DNA from: Candidatus Deferrimicrobiaceae bacterium | Lineage (GTDB): Bacteria > Desulfobacterota > Deferrimicrobia > Deferrimicrobiales > Deferrimicrobiaceae | Assembly: GCA_963792415.1 (NCBI GenBank) | Contig: CAWBVY010000004.1 | Span: 642,572 to 706,571, forward strand | Direction: 5' to 3' | Length of the DNA: 64,000 nt | Part shown: piece by piece, positions 17,854 to 28,377 of the stretch | Numbering within the stretch: position 1 is the stretch's first letter | Layout: the number at the start of each line of letters is the position of its first letter | Made by a program: the position numbers and the translations under genes | The notes under the pieces: model-generated | Told to the model about the DNA's origin: nothing | What the model saw: the letters and a program-made list of their open reading frames with translations, nothing else | The model's database searches: none

Positions 17854-20800
17854 CTACACCGCGAAATATTTCGCCTGGGGGTGGTGGACGACGATCGCCG
17901 AGGTGGTCTGCTCGGGCACCATCTCCATCGACTCGGTGAGCGTCACGCCGATCCGGCCCGGGTCGAGCAGCTCGAACACCCCCGTGTGCGCCGAGAGGTC
18001 CGGGCAGGAGGGGTACCCGAAGCCGTAGCGGGACCCCTGGTACTCCTGGACGACGTACCCGGAGAAGGCGGCCGGCCGTTCCCCGGAGATTCCGAGCTCG
18101 CGGCGCATGACCTCGTGCCAGTGCTCGGCCAGGGCGTCGGTGACCTCGACCCCGAAGGCGTGGAGCATCAGGTAGTCGTGGTACCGGTCCGACGTGAAGA
18201 GCTCCTGCGTCGCCCGGGCCATCTCCTCCCCGATGGTCGCCACGAAGAAGCCGGCGACGTCCCCCCCCTCTTCCCGCGTCCGGAAATAGTCCGCGATGCA
18301 CAGGTGCGGCGGGTTCTTCTGCCGGGGGAAGGGAAAGGGCCACGTGCGCCCGTCGTGCTCCACCACGAGGGTGTCCCCATCCGCGAAGGCGCGGAACCAG
18401 CCGTAGGCGACCTTCGGCGCGAGGATCTTCTCCTCCACGCCGCGCCGCTTCAACTCTTCATACATGGGACGGACCTTCCCCCGCACCAGTTCCTCGTACG
18501 CCTCGGCGGTCATCTTTCCCCGGCGGTACCCCCACCGCCCGCGGAAGAGGGCCTGCTCGTTGACGTAGGGGAACAGTTCCTTCGGGTCGATCCCGGCGAC
18601 GTGGCGCGCTCCGAGGAACGGCGCCGGAGGGACCGGGTTGTCCCGGGCGACGGCCGCTCCCCGCGGGCCGGGAACCATGGCCGGGGCGGTTCCGGCCACG
18701 TCGAAGACCGTGGACGAAAGGGTCCCCCCGTCGATCCGGCGCATCGCCGACAGTCCGGCGAACGCGTCGGCGCAATAGACCACCGGGCCCGGGTACCCGG
18801 GGACACACTCCTGCGCCACGAACTTCTCCGTGAGGGCCGCACCCCCGAGGAGGACGGGGACGCGAAGCCCCGCGGCGGCGAACTGCGGCAGGTTCTCCCG
18901 CATCACGAGGGCGGATTTCACCAGCAGCCCCGACAGGCCGATCGCGTCCACCCCGAGCTCCCGCGCCTTTTCGATGATCGTCTCCGCCGGTACCTTGATC
19001 CCGAGGTTGAACACGCGGTACCCGTTGTTCGAGAGGATGATGTCGACCAGGTTCTTCCCGATGTCGTGCACGTCCCCGGCCACGGTGGCCAGCAGGATCC
19101 GGCGCCCCTCCTCGCGCTCCGCCTTCTCCATGAAGGGGGCGAGGGTGTCGACGGACCGCTTCATCACCTCGGCGGACTGGAGGACGAAGGGGAGGAGCAT
19201 CTCGCCCCTCCCGAAGAGCTCCCCGACCTTGCGCATTGCCGGCACCAGCAGCTGGTTGATGATCGACGCCGCCGGCCGGCGCGACAGGAGGATATGGAGA
19301 AGATCCTCCAGCCCTTCCTTGTCTCCCGCCACCACCTTTTCCGCCAGTTCCTCTTCCGGGGGGATCGCGGGGAGGTTCTTGTCCCCGGCGGACTCCTCCT
19401 TCACGGGCTTCGCGTCCGAGAAATGGCGGAGGAAGGCGGAGAGGGGGGACTCCGTGCCGCTCCCCCGGCGGTCGTAAATCAGGTCCAGGCAGACCTCCCG
19501 GTCGGCATCGGGGATCCTCGACATCGGCAGGACCTTCGCCGCGTCGATGATCGCCGTGTCGAGCCCGGCCGCGATCGCCTCGTGCAGGAAGACGGAGTTC
19601 AGCACCCGGCGGGAGGCGGGGGAGAGGCCGAAGGAGATGTTGCTCACGCCGAGCAGCGTGAACGCGCCGGGGAGCTCCTCCTTCACCCGCCGGATCGCCG
19701 CGAGGGTGTTCGCGGCGGCGTCGACGAGGGTCGCATCCCCCGATCCGATGGTGAAGGTGAGAACGTCGAAGAGGAGGTCCGAAGGGCGCAGCCCGTACCG
19801 GTGCACGGCGAGGTCGTGGATCTCCCTCGCGGTCGCGACCTTCTCCTCGACCGTCAACGCCATCCCCTTCTCGTGGATGGTGAGGGCGATGACCGCCGCC
19901 CCGTACGTTCTCGCCAGCCGGCAGACGCGCTCGAGGTTCTTCCCGCCGTCCTCGAGGTTCACCGAGTTGACGAGGCACCTCCCGGGGTGGATCTTCAGCG
20001 CCGCCTCGATGCAGTCGGGGGTGGTCGAGTCGATCACCATCGGGATCTGGACCGACTGCGCGAAGAGCCGCACCATGGCTTCGATGTCCGCCTTCTCGTC
20101 CCTCCCCGCGTACGCCGTGCACAGGTCCACGGCATGGGCGCCGTCTTCCTGCTGTTCAAGAGCGACCCGCAGCGCCCCCGGGTAGTCGTCCGCGAGGAGC
20201 AGGTCCCGGAACCGCCTCGAGCCGTTCGCGTTGCACCGCTCCCCGATGAGGAACGGGGGAATCTCCTGGCGGATCTCGGCGGCCTGGTAGAGGCTGGAAA
20301 GCGACGGCTTCTCCACCACGTTCCGCGTCGCCGGGGCGACCCCGTCGAGCGCCTCGCGGAGTTTCCGGATGTGCTCGGGCGTCGTGCCGCAGCACCCGCC
20401 GACGATCGAGACCCCGTCGTCTCGGACGAAAGCGGAAAGCTGCGCGGCGAACGCCTCGGGCGAAAGAGGGTAATGGGTTTTCCCGTCGCGCACCTGCGGG
20501 ATCCCGGCGTTGGGGATGCAGGAGACGCGGCCACGATAGTGGCGGCAAAGGTAGCGGAGGTGGGAGGTCATCCCCTCGGGGCCGGTGGCGCAGTTGAGCC
20601 CGATCGAGAAGACGGGGAACGGCTCGATCGCGGCCAGGGCGGCGGCGACGTCGGTCCCCACCAGCATCGTCCCGGTGTTCTCGATCGTGATCGAGACCAT
20701 CACGGGGACGTCCCGCTTCATCCGCTCCAGTGTCCCGAAGCAGGAGACGAGCGCGATCTTGATCTGCAGCAGGTCCTGGCACGTCTCGAGGATCAGGAGG

Positions 20801-21234
20801 TCGGCCCCGGCCTCGACGAGCGCGCGCGCCTGCTCCGAGAAGGCGGCCGCCATCGGCTCGAAGGCGACATGTCCCAGCGACGGGAGCTTCGTGGTGGGCC
20901 CGATGGAACCCGCCACGTAGGCGGACCCGCCGTGCCGACGGATCGCCTCGCGGGCGTTTCCGACCGCCGCCCGGTTGATCTCCGCGACGCGGTCGGCCAG
21001 TCCGTACTCCGCGAGAACGATCGCGCTGGCGCCGAAGGTGTTCGTCTCGAGCACCGTCGCCCCCGCGGAGAGGAAGGAGGAGTGCCACTCCCGGATCACC
21101 TCCGGGGCGGAAACATTGAGGAATTCGTTGCACCCGTCCCGTCCCTCCCAGGCGGACACGGGGATCTCCATCCGCTGCAGGTTCGTCCCGCACGCCCCGT
21201 CGAAAAACAGGAGGTTTTCGTCCCGGATCGCCAT
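17854..21234 (-). CDS. metH: Cobalamin-dependent methionine synthase
   Basis: Hcy domain (GGCCGTTP), pterin domain ([10 protein letters not shown]), B12-binding GDVHDIGKN...SGLL and activation domain [12 protein letters not shown]. Confidence 0.95.
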   Translation of the reverse strand: MAIRDENLLFFDGACGTNLQRMEIPVSAWEGRDGCNEFLNVSAPEVIREWHSSFLSAGATVLETNTFGASAIVLAEYGLADRVAEINRAAVGNAREAIRRHGGSAYVAGSIGPTTKLPSLGHVAFEPMAAAFSEQARALVEAGADLLILETCQDLLQIKIALVSCFGTLERMKRDVPVMVSITIENTGTMLVGTDVAAALAAIEPFPVFSIGLNCATGPEGMTSHLRYLCRHYRGRVSCIPNAGIPQVRDGKTHYPLSPEAFAAQLSAFVRDDGVSIVGGCCGTTPEHIRKLREALDGVAPATRNVVEKPSLSSLYQAAEIRQEIPPFLIGERCNANGSRRFRDLLLADDYPGALRVALEQQEDGAHAVDLCTAYAGRDEKADIEAMVRLFAQSVQIPMVIDSTTPDCIEAALKIHPGRCLVNSVNLEDGGKNLERVCRLARTYGAAVIALTIHEKGMALTVEEKVATAREIHDLAVHRYGLRPSDLLFDVLTFTIGSGDATLVDAAANTLAAIRRVKEELPGAFTLLGVSNISFGLSPASRRVLNSVFLHEAIAAGLDTAIIDAAKVLPMSRIPDADREVCLDLIYDRRGSGTESPLSAFLRHFSDAKPVKEESAGDKNLPAIPPEEELAEKVVAGDKEGLEDLLHILLSRRPAASIINQLLVPAMRKVGELFGRGEMLLPFVLQSAEVMKRSVDTLAPFMEKAEREEGRRILLATVAGDVHDIGKNLVDIILSNNGYRVFNLGIKVPAETIIEKARELGVDAIGLSGLLVKSALVMRENLPQFAAAGLRVPVLLGGAALTEKFVAQECVPGYPGPVVYCADAFAGLSAMRRIDGGTLSSTVFDVAGTAPAMVPGPRGAAVARDNPVPPAPFLGARHVAGIDPKELFPYVNEQALFRGRWGYRRGKMTAEAYEELVRGKVRPMYEELKRRGVEEKILAPKVAYGWFRAFADGDTLVVEHDGRTWPFPFPRQKNPPHLCIADYFRTREEGGDVAGFFVATIGEEMARATQELFTSDRYHDYLMLHAFGVEVTDALAEHWHEVMRRELGISGERPAAFSGYVVQEYQGSRYGFGYPSCPDLSAHTGVFELLDPGRIGVTLTESMEMVPEQTTSAIVVHHPQAKYFAV

Positions 21235-21256
21235 TGCTCCTCCGCCGATAAGTGCT

Positions 21257-21285
21257 TAATCTTAGAATAGAAATCACCCAGAGTC
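21257..21285 (-). promoter_or_regulatory. Putative sigma70 promoter of the metH operon
   Basis: Minus strand reads TTGACT-N17-TAAGAT, then GGAGGAG before the metH ATG. Confidence 0.5.
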
Positions 21286-21345
21286 AAACGGCTTTTCTTT
21301 CCCCTTGACTTCGCGGATCCTTTCCTGCTAAGTAGATACTATCCG

Positions 21346-21360
21346 TGTATACCGTATACA
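21346..21360. promoter_or_regulatory. Perfect operator palindrome TGTATAC-C-GTATACA upstream of citrate synthase
   Basis: Perfect 7-1-7 palindrome just downstream of TTGACT (21305) and a -10-like region. Confidence 0.75.
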
Positions 21361-21573
21361 ATTCACAGCTCTGATCTCACGGACAGGCGATTAGGCGCAA
21401 TTGATTTCGATTCCCGGTTCCGACCCGAAGTTTACGCATAATCATTGCGAAAGGAGGGTTCTGGAAGCCAACCGCGGGGGAATCGTCGCTGTTCCCTTGC
21501 CCAGACAACCCGAAAGGAGGCAGGGACCATGGCACCGGTCGCAGAAAAAGCCGACGAAAGGAGAAGTACGAAC

Positions 21574-22893
21574 GTGTCGAACCTAAAGGCGAAACTCTTG
21601 GAGAAGATCCAGGCCCACCGTCCGCGCACGACGAAACTGGTCAAGGAGCAGGGGAAGATCGTCATCGACCAGGTGACCATCGACCAGTGCATCGGCGGTG
21701 CCCGCGACGTCCGCTGCCTCGTGACCGACATTTCCTACCTCGACCCGCAGGAGGGGATCCGGTTCCGCGGCAAGACGATTCCCGAGACGTTCGCGGCGTT
21801 GCCGAAGGTGCCGGGATCCGAGTACCCCTACGTCGAAGGGTTCTGGTACTTCCTGATGACGGGAGACGTGCCGACGAAAGAGGAGGCGCTGGCGGTCGCC
21901 GAGGACTTCAAGGCCCGCGCCGGTGTTCCCCAGTACGTGTTCGACGTCCTCCGCGCGATGCCGCGCGACACGCACCCGATGACCATGTTCTCCGCCGCGA
22001 TCCTGTCGATGCAGCGGGAGTCCCTCTTCGTGAAGCGGTACAACGAGGGGATGAAGAAGACCGAGTACTGGGACCCGATGTACGAAGACTGCACGAACAT
22101 CATGGCGAGGCTCCCCGAGATCGCGGCGTACATCTACCGGATGAAGTACAAGGCCGACACGCCGATCGCCCCGAACCCGAAGCTCGACCTGGGCGGGAAC
22201 TTCGCGCACATGATGGGGTTCTCCAAGCCGTACGACGACGTGGCGCGGATGTACTTCATCCTCCACTCCGACCACGAGTCCGGCAACGTCTCGGCGCACA
22301 CGACGCACCTCGTCGCCTCGGCGCTCTCCGACGCCTACTACTCCCTGTCGGCCGGCATCAACGGCCTGGCGGGCCCCCTCCACGGCCTGGCGAACCAGGA
22401 AGTCCTCAGCTGGATCCAGGATGTCTTCAAGCAGCTGGGCGGGAAGCTCCCGACCGAGGAGGAGCTCAAGAAGTTCCTGTGGGACACGCTGAACAGCGGG
22501 AAGGTCATCCCCGGCTACGGCCACGCGGTGCTCCGCAAGACCGACCCGCGGTACACCTCGCAGATGGAGTTCTGCCAGAAGAACCTGCCGGACTACCCGA
22601 TGTTCAAGCTGGTGAACATGATCTACAAGGTCGCGCCGGACATCCTCCGGGAGCACGGGAAGGCGAAGAACCCGTGGCCGAACGTCGACGCGCAGTCGGG
22701 CGTCATCCAGTGGTACTACGGCCTCACCGAGTACGACTTCTACACCGTGCTCTTCGGCGTAGGCCGGGCCCTCGGCGTCCTGGCGAACATCACCTGGGAT
22801 CGGGCGCTGGGATACGCGCTCGAGCGTCCGAAGTCGGTCACGACCGACATGCTCGAGAAGTGGGCCGCCGAAGGGGGCCGCAAGCTCGCGTAA
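21574..22893 (+). CDS. gltA: Citrate (Si)-synthase, eukaryote-like type
   Basis: LHSDHESGNVSAH, GLAGPLHGLANQE, IPGYGHAVLRKTDPR and NPWPNVDAQSG. Start is GTG 21574 or in-frame ATG 21529. Confidence 0.95.
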   Translation: MSNLKAKLLEKIQAHRPRTTKLVKEQGKIVIDQVTIDQCIGGARDVRCLVTDISYLDPQEGIRFRGKTIPETFAALPKVPGSEYPYVEGFWYFLMTGDVPTKEEALAVAEDFKARAGVPQYVFDVLRAMPRDTHPMTMFSAAILSMQRESLFVKRYNEGMKKTEYWDPMYEDCTNIMARLPEIAAYIYRMKYKADTPIAPNPKLDLGGNFAHMMGFSKPYDDVARMYFILHSDHESGNVSAHTTHLVASALSDAYYSLSAGINGLAGPLHGLANQEVLSWIQDVFKQLGGKLPTEEELKKFLWDTLNSGKVIPGYGHAVLRKTDPRYTSQMEFCQKNLPDYPMFKLVNMIYKVAPDILREHGKAKNPWPNVDAQSGVIQWYYGLTEYDFYTVLFGVGRALGVLANITWDRALGYALERPKSVTTDMLEKWAAEGGRKLA

Positions 22894-22918
22894 TCGACAC
22901 CGCCGGAAACGCGGTAAC

Positions 22919-22946
22919 GAAAAGGGGGCCGAAAGGCCCCCTTTTC
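22919..22946. terminator. Bidirectional intrinsic terminator
   Basis: AAAAGGGGGCC-GAAA-GGCCCCCTTTT. Confidence 0.85.
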
Positions 22947-23005
22947 ATTACGCAACCGATACCCGCCGCAGAGAGATCCTTGAAGCGGAGCGTCCCCCGT
23001 TCCGT

Positions 23006-23401
23006 TCAGTTCGCCGCCGCCTCGCACCCGGAACAGGAGCCGATGACGTGCAGGTCGACGAGGGAAACGGCCGAGATCTTCTCCTCCGCCTCGAAACGAA
23101 GACTCTCGAGGGCCGGGGGCAGCGGGATGTCGACCAGCGCGCTGCAGCGGAGGCAATGGAAGTGGGCGTGGGGGGTGTCCATCCCGTCGAAGCGGGAGGA
23201 GCCTCCTTCGCTGGGCCGGATCTCCCGCAAGGTCCCCTGGTCCCGAAGGAAGTTCAGGTTCCGGTAGACGGTCCCCAGGCTGATGTTGGGGAGCACCCGG
23301 CGAGCTTCCCGATAGATCGTCTCGGCGGTGGGGTGCTCGCACGACGCTCTCACGATGTCGAGAATGACACCGCGCTGGCGGGTGTTCCGGGTCTTCTTCA
23401 T
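23006..23401 (-). CDS. Fur family regulator (PerR-like)
   Basis: HPTAETIY, ISLGTVYRNL, HAHFHCLRC and a C-terminal CSGC. Confidence 0.9.
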   Translation of the reverse strand: MKKTRNTRQRGVILDIVRASCEHPTAETIYREARRVLPNISLGTVYRNLNFLRDQGTLREIRPSEGGSSRFDGMDTPHAHFHCLRCSALVDIPLPPALESLRFEAEEKISAVSLVDLHVIGSCSGCEAAAN

Positions 23402-23532
23402 GGATATTCCTTTATAAGTGGAGTACAGGAATGTATCCTATGTATACGAAAAAAGATTGTCAAGACGATTGAAACCTTGCGGCGAATCCGTTATATAGGG
23501 TCGTTGAGGCAGATCGACCGAAGGAGGATTCC

Positions 23533-24270
23533 TTGATCGTTCCCGTGGAGCTTGTTTTGCCTGTTATCCCCCTGACGGCGGGGGTATTCGACACCCAGGT
23601 GTTGAAGCACGTCATGCTGGCGGGGCCCATCGTCAAGCTCGTCCTGATCCTCCTGGTCGGGTTCTCCGTGGTCTCCTGGGCCATTATTTTCCTCAAGGTC
23701 CGGCTCTTCAAGGGGATCGAGCGGAACCAGGCGGGGTTCGCCCGCGCCTTCGCCGAGGGGAAAAGCCTGTCCGTGCTCTACGAGCAGGCCGAAAAGGGGG
23801 AAAAATCCCCCATCACCGAGGTATTCCGCGCGGGGTATCTCGAGCTGACCCGGATCCAGCGGGAGCGTGGCGAGGCGGCCCAGGGCGGACGCACCTCTCC
23901 CTTTCCCGTCGAGAACGTCCAGCGCGCGATGTACAAGGCGACCCACGAGCAGGTGGGGAGCATGGAGGAGCTCCTTCCCTTTCTCGCCACCACCGGCAGC
24001 GCCACGCCGTTCATCGGCCTGTTCGGCACCGTGTGGGGGATCATGAACGCCTTCTCCGGCATCGCCACCACGGGAAACGCCTCGCTGGCCACCGTCGCTC
24101 CGGGCATCGCGGAGGCTCTCGTCGCCACCGCGGCGGGACTGGGCGCGGCCATCCCGTCCGTCATCGCCTACAACTATTTCCTGACCCGCATCCGGGCGAT
24201 CCACGGCCGGATCGACAGCTTCACGGCCGAATTCATCAACTTCCTCGAGCGGAAGGTCGACAAAGGATGA
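23533..24270 (+). CDS. tolQ: Tol-Pal system protein TolQ
   Basis: PFIGLFGTVWGIM and VAPGIAEALVATA; first gene of the tol-pal operon. Confidence 0.93.
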   Translation: MIVPVELVLPVIPLTAGVFDTQVLKHVMLAGPIVKLVLILLVGFSVVSWAIIFLKVRLFKGIERNQAGFARAFAEGKSLSVLYEQAEKGEKSPITEVFRAGYLELTRIQRERGEAAQGGRTSPFPVENVQRAMYKATHEQVGSMEELLPFLATTGSATPFIGLFGTVWGIMNAFSGIATTGNASLATVAPGIAEALVATAAGLGAAIPSVIAYNYFLTRIRAIHGRIDSFTAEFINFLERKVDKG

Positions 24271-24274
24271 CGCC

Positions 24275-24697
24275 ATGGCGATGATGAGCTCTTCCGGCCG
24301 CGCCGGGGATCGAAGGGTCATGGCGGATATCAACGTCACGCCGCTGGTCGACGTGATGCTCGTCCTCCTCATCATCTTCATGGTCACCGCCCCCATGCTC
24401 ACCCAGGGGGTCGACGTGAACCTGCCGCAGGCGAGCTCGAAGGCGCTGCGCAGCGACGAGGAGCGCCTGATCATCACCGTCGACGCCAACAGCCGCGTCT
24501 TCGTGGGGAAGCAGCCCGTCGAGTTCAACCGCCTTGGGGGCGCCCTCAAGGAGATCGTCTCCCGGCGGACCGACCGTCAGGTGTATTTCCGCGCCGACCG
24601 CTCCGTCCCGTACGGGTTCGTGGTGAAGGTCATCGCGGAGGTTCGAAACTCCGGGATCGAAAAACTTGGCATGGTCACAGAGCCGCTCGAGCGGTAA
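24275..24697 (+). CDS. tolR: Tol-Pal system protein TolR
   Basis: INVTPLVDVMLVLLIIFMVTAP. Confidence 0.93.
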   Translation: MAMMSSSGRAGDRRVMADINVTPLVDVMLVLLIIFMVTAPMLTQGVDVNLPQASSKALRSDEERLIITVDANSRVFVGKQPVEFNRLGGALKEIVSRRTDRQVYFRADRSVPYGFVVKVIAEVRNSGIEKLGMVTEPLER

Positions 24698-25595
24698 CCG
24701 GCCGACGGGCTCGCCGTTCTTCCCGGAGCTCCCCCAGCCGCCGCTGCGGGCCCTGATCGCCCTCTCGGCGATGGCCCACTTGGCCCTGGCGGTCGCGGCG
24801 CTGGCCGTTGCCCCCCTGCTCGGGACCCCCCTGCGCCTCGAGCCGGTGGCCGTGGTGGACCTGATCGGGGGTGGGGAATTCCGCCAGGAAACGGCGAAGC
24901 CCCAGGCGCCGGCCGCCAGGGAGGATACGAAGCCTCAGGCGCCGGTCGCCAGGGAGGACACGAAGCCCGAGCCCCGGGACCGAAAGGCTCCTGCGCGTCC
25001 CCCGGAGAAGCGGGGAAAGCGGGCGAAGGCGGCATCCGACGACGTCGTCCCGTCGAAGCGGAAGGCACCCGATATGGCATCGCTGACCGAGCGGCTTCGG
25101 GAGATGCGGGAGGCCCGCTCCGGTTCGGAGGCGATCCGGGGGGCCGTGGAGGAGCGCCGGAGCGAGGCGGCGGCCCGCGCGGCCGTGCGCAAGGTGGGAG
25201 AGCGCGTGGCCCACCGGATCGAGGCGCCCCCTCCCGCGCGGTCCGGTGGTCATTTCGCTGCGGGCGGCGGGGGGGCGCAGGGAACCGTTCGCCTTTCCCC
25301 AGAGTTGCTCGACTATTTCCGCCGGCTCGAGGAGAAGGTCCGGAGCAGTTGGGTCCTCCCCGGGACGATGGTGCGCGACGCGGCGAAACTCGTGGTGGAG
25401 ATGCGGATCGTGATCGAAAAGGACGGCCGCGTCTCCGAGGATCGGATCGAGCGGGGTTCCGGGAATCTCTACTTCGACGAATCGGTGCAGCGCGCCATCC
25501 GGAAGGCGAGCCCTCTCCCGGTTCCCCCGGAACAATTGCGGGGCGGGGAGGATCATTACGAGGTGGGGTTCCGATTCCACGGGGGTGCGGAATGA
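24666..25595 (+). CDS. tolA: TolA/TonB-like energy transducer (start uncertain)
   Basis: TM helix with S-x3-H (SAMAH), Pro/charged linker and TonB_C-like C-terminus (GSGNLYFDESVQRAI..ASPLP). Lies between tolR and tolB. Confidence 0.75.
   Translation: MAWSQSRSSGNRPTGSPFFPELPQPPLRALIALSAMAHLALAVAALAVAPLLGTPLRLEPVAVVDLIGGGEFRQETAKPQAPAAREDTKPQAPVAREDTKPEPRDRKAPARPPEKRGKRAKAASDDVVPSKRKAPDMASLTERLREMREARSGSEAIRGAVEERRSEAAARAAVRKVGERVAHRIEAPPPARSGGHFAAGGGGAQGTVRLSPELLDYFRRLEEKVRSSWVLPGTMVRDAAKLVVEMRIVIEKDGRVSEDRIERGSGNLYFDESVQRAIRKASPLPVPPEQLRGGEDHYEVGFRFHGGAE
24895..24968 (+). repeat. 33-bp tandem repeat (about 2.2 copies) in the tolA linker
   Basis: CGAAGCCYCAGGCGCCGGYCGCCAGGGAGGAYA x2, encoding KPQAP(A/V)AREDT. 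Confidence 0.85.
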
Positions 25596-26905
25596 AGCGA
25601 TCGATCGGCGTGTCGGCGGGTGCGTTCCTCCTCGCGCTGTCCCTGTTCCCCTCCCCGGCGTTCCCCCTCCTCTACATCGACATCAACGCCCCCGGCGGGA
25701 AGCGGTTCCCGATCGCCGTGGCGGACGTCGCGATCGGCAGGGGCGACCCGTCCCTCTCCCGCGCGATCCCGAAGATCCTTTCCGACGACCTCGCGCTCAC
25801 CGACCTGTTCGACCTGATCCCGCCGACCGCGCATATGGAGACGGTGACTGGGGCGCACTTCTCCGGCAAGCCGCTGTCGTTCCCGGGGTGGAAGATGATC
25901 GGAGCCGAGGCGGTGGTCATCGGCCTGGCCGAGGTTCGGGGGGACCGGCTCTCGATCGAGATGCGTCTCTACGACGCCACGCAGGGAACCCTCCTGCTCG
26001 GGAAGCGGTACACCGGCACCCCGGGTCAACTCCGTTCGATCGTGCACCGGTTCGCCAACGAAATCGTGTACACCTTCACCGGGGTCCGGGGCGTCTTCGG
26101 GACCGAGATCGCGTTCACCGCCCGCTCGGGGAAATCCCGGGGGAAGGAACTCTACCTCGTGGGGATGGACGGGCAGGATCTGCGCAAGGCGACCGACAAC
26201 CGGAGCTTCAACCTCTTTCCCCGCTGGTCCCCCGATGGGCAATGGCTGGCCTACACCTCCTTCCGAACCGGCACGCCCGTCGTCTACCTGCGCAACGTCT
26301 CGACCGGGGCGGAGAAGGAGGTCCTCCGGTTCGGCGGGTCGAAGGCCCCGGGGGGATTTTCGCCTGACGGGGTGTGGCTCTACGCGGGCGTGAGCCAGGG
26401 CGGCAATTCCGACATCTACAGGGTCCGGGTGGTCGGAGGTTCCCTGGAAAAGATCGTGGGAGGCTGGGGGCTCGAGGTTTCCCCCTCGCCGTCCCCGGAC
26501 GGGAAACGAATCGCCTTCGTCTCCGACCGCGGCGGTTCCCCGCAGATCTACGTGAAGACGATCGGCGTCGCGGGAGAGACGCGGATTTCGAATGGGGCAG
26601 GGTACGCAACGTCGCCGTCCTGGTCCCCCGCGGGCGACCGGATCGCCTACACCATCCGGTCCGGTGGAAGGTTCCTCGTGGCGACCGTCGCACCCGACGG
26701 AACCGGGTTCCGGGAAGTCGCATCCGCGGCGGATGGCGACTGCGAAGATCCGACCTTTTCCCCCGATGGCCGCTCCCTGGTTTACACCTACAGGAAAAGG
26801 GACTATTCTGCCCTTAAAATCGTCTCTTCGGACGGACGGAGACAACGAACGCTCGTTTCCGGCCTCGGGGATGTCGGTTCACCCGTCTGGTCACCCAGTC
26901 GGTAG
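25592..26905 (+). CDS. tolB: Tol-Pal beta-propeller protein TolB
   Basis: Signal peptide, HRFANEI and repeated PxWSPDG (PD40) motifs. Confidence 0.93.
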   Translation: MKRSIGVSAGAFLLALSLFPSPAFPLLYIDINAPGGKRFPIAVADVAIGRGDPSLSRAIPKILSDDLALTDLFDLIPPTAHMETVTGAHFSGKPLSFPGWKMIGAEAVVIGLAEVRGDRLSIEMRLYDATQGTLLLGKRYTGTPGQLRSIVHRFANEIVYTFTGVRGVFGTEIAFTARSGKSRGKELYLVGMDGQDLRKATDNRSFNLFPRWSPDGQWLAYTSFRTGTPVVYLRNVSTGAEKEVLRFGGSKAPGGFSPDGVWLYAGVSQGGNSDIYRVRVVGGSLEKIVGGWGLEVSPSPSPDGKRIAFVSDRGGSPQIYVKTIGVAGETRISNGAGYATSPSWSPAGDRIAYTIRSGGRFLVATVAPDGTGFREVASAADGDCEDPTFSPDGRSLVYTYRKRDYSALKIVSSDGRRQRTLVSGLGDVGSPVWSPSR

Positions 26906-26958
26906 CTTGAAGGGCGCCAACGCGCCCGGGTTCATCCATCTAAAGGAGGATCAGCAGA

Positions 26959-27510
26959 ATGAGGGGAACATTTACCTGGAAATGGGTCGTGCTGGCGTTG
27001 TCCCTTGCCGCATTGATGTCGGTGGGGTGCGCAAAGAAGCAGACGGTGAAGTCCGAAGGTGCTGCGACCCCCGGCCCCGGCGCGGTCACCGAAGCGCCCG
27101 TGACAGAGGCGCCCGTGGCGGTCGCTCCGGCGATGCCGCCGGCGGAGGCGCCCGGGGTCGCGGTCACCGAGGAGAAGATTTCGAAGTTCGACGACGTCCG
27201 TTTCGACTTCGACAAGTCGGAGGTGAAAGAGGACGGCCGCAAGACGTGCGGGGTCGTGGCCGACTACCTGAAGAAGAACCCCCAGGCGAAGATGCTGATC
27301 GAGGGGCATTGCGACGAGCGGGGCACCGCGGAGTACAACATGGCGCTGGGTGAGCGTCGCGCGACGGCCGTGATGACCTACCTCGTGTCCCTCGGCGTTC
27401 CGAAGGCGGCTCTCTCCACGGTGAGCTTCGGCAAGGAAAAGCCGCTGGATCCGGCTCACAACGATGAGGCGTGGGCGAAGAACCGCCGCGCGCACTTCGT
27501 CCTGCAGTAA
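26959..27510 (+). CDS. pal: Peptidoglycan-associated lipoprotein
   Basis: Lipobox SVGC, FDFDKS, IEGHCDERGTAEYNMALGERRA and KNRR. Confidence 0.95.
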   Translation: MRGTFTWKWVVLALSLAALMSVGCAKKQTVKSEGAATPGPGAVTEAPVTEAPVAVAPAMPPAEAPGVAVTEEKISKFDDVRFDFDKSEVKEDGRKTCGVVADYLKKNPQAKMLIEGHCDERGTAEYNMALGERRATAVMTYLVSLGVPKAALSTVSFGKEKPLDPAHNDEAWAKNRRAHFVLQ

Positions 27511-27520
27511 GGTGAACGGG

Positions 27521-28363
27521 ATGGCGCGCAATGCGGTCGTTTTCCCGCTGCTCGGGGCGATCGCCGCGCTCATGGCGGGGTGCGCGGTCGCGGACACCGG
27601 CGCCTTCAATCGGCTCCAGGACGACATGGTGGGGCTGAAGAAGGAGATGGCGGCGCTCAAGGCGGCGACCCCGCCCGCACCCGGTCCCGCGGCGGTGGAC
27701 GCGGGCGACAGCCAGTCCTTGCGGAAAGGCTTCGCGGATTTGAACGCCGATATCGACCGGATACGGATGGACCAGCTGGCCGCCACCACCCGGATGGACG
27801 ATGCGCGGGTCGAGATGCAGCGGATCACCGTCCGGCAGGACGAGCAGGACCGGGCGCTGCAGGAGGTCCGGGGGAACGGCGACCGGATGAAGGAGATCGA
27901 AAAGCGCCTGGCGACGCTCGAGGAGCGGACCGGCAAGCTCGCCGCCCCCCCGGCCGGGGAGCCCGTTCCGGAAACCCCGCGGGAGTGGAGAAGCCCGGAG
28001 GAGATGTACGAGGTCGGCGTGGGACAGGTCAAGGGCGGAAACCCGAAGAAGGGGAGGGAGACGCTCTCCGACTTCGTGGTGAAATACCCGGGCCACAGGC
28101 TGATCCCGAACGCGCTCTACTGGAAGGGGGAGGCGTTCTACGCCGAGAAGGATTATGAAAACGCGATCCTCGCCTTCCAGGACGTCGTCGACAAGTATCC
28201 GGGCGGGGACAAGGCTCCCGACGCGATGTACAAGCAGGGGCTTTCCTTCCTTGCCTTGAAGGACACCAAGAACGCCCGACTCCTGCTCGATCTCGTCCAG
28301 AAGAAGTACCCGAAATCGAGCGCGGCCGAGATGGCGAAGAAGAAACTCATGGAGATCCGGTAG
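27521..28363 (+). CDS. cpoB: Tol-Pal TPR protein YbgF/CpoB
   Basis: Lipobox MAGC, coiled coil, TPRs (NALYWKGE, KAPDAMYK); follows pal. Confidence 0.88.
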   Translation: MARNAVVFPLLGAIAALMAGCAVADTGAFNRLQDDMVGLKKEMAALKAATPPAPGPAAVDAGDSQSLRKGFADLNADIDRIRMDQLAATTRMDDARVEMQRITVRQDEQDRALQEVRGNGDRMKEIEKRLATLEERTGKLAAPPAGEPVPETPREWRSPEEMYEVGVGQVKGGNPKKGRETLSDFVVKYPGHRLIPNALYWKGEAFYAEKDYENAILAFQDVVDKYPGGDKAPDAMYKQGLSFLALKDTKNARLLLDLVQKKYPKSSAAEMAKKKLMEIR

Positions 28364-28377
28364 GAGTTCCGAACCCG

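Noticed and set aside
17821-21270. Very long antisense/alternate-frame ORFs (e.g. 1149 aa opposite metH, 854 aa opposite nrdJ, 940 aa over the cytochrome)
   Set aside because: Shadow ORFs expected from high GC3 codon bias. They have no motifs and fully overlap well-supported genes.
21235-21300. Cobalamin or SAM riboswitch upstream of metH (or nrdJ)
   Set aside because: The metH promoter-like sequence is only about 20 nt from the start, leaving no room. No B12-box was recognised upstream of nrdJ.
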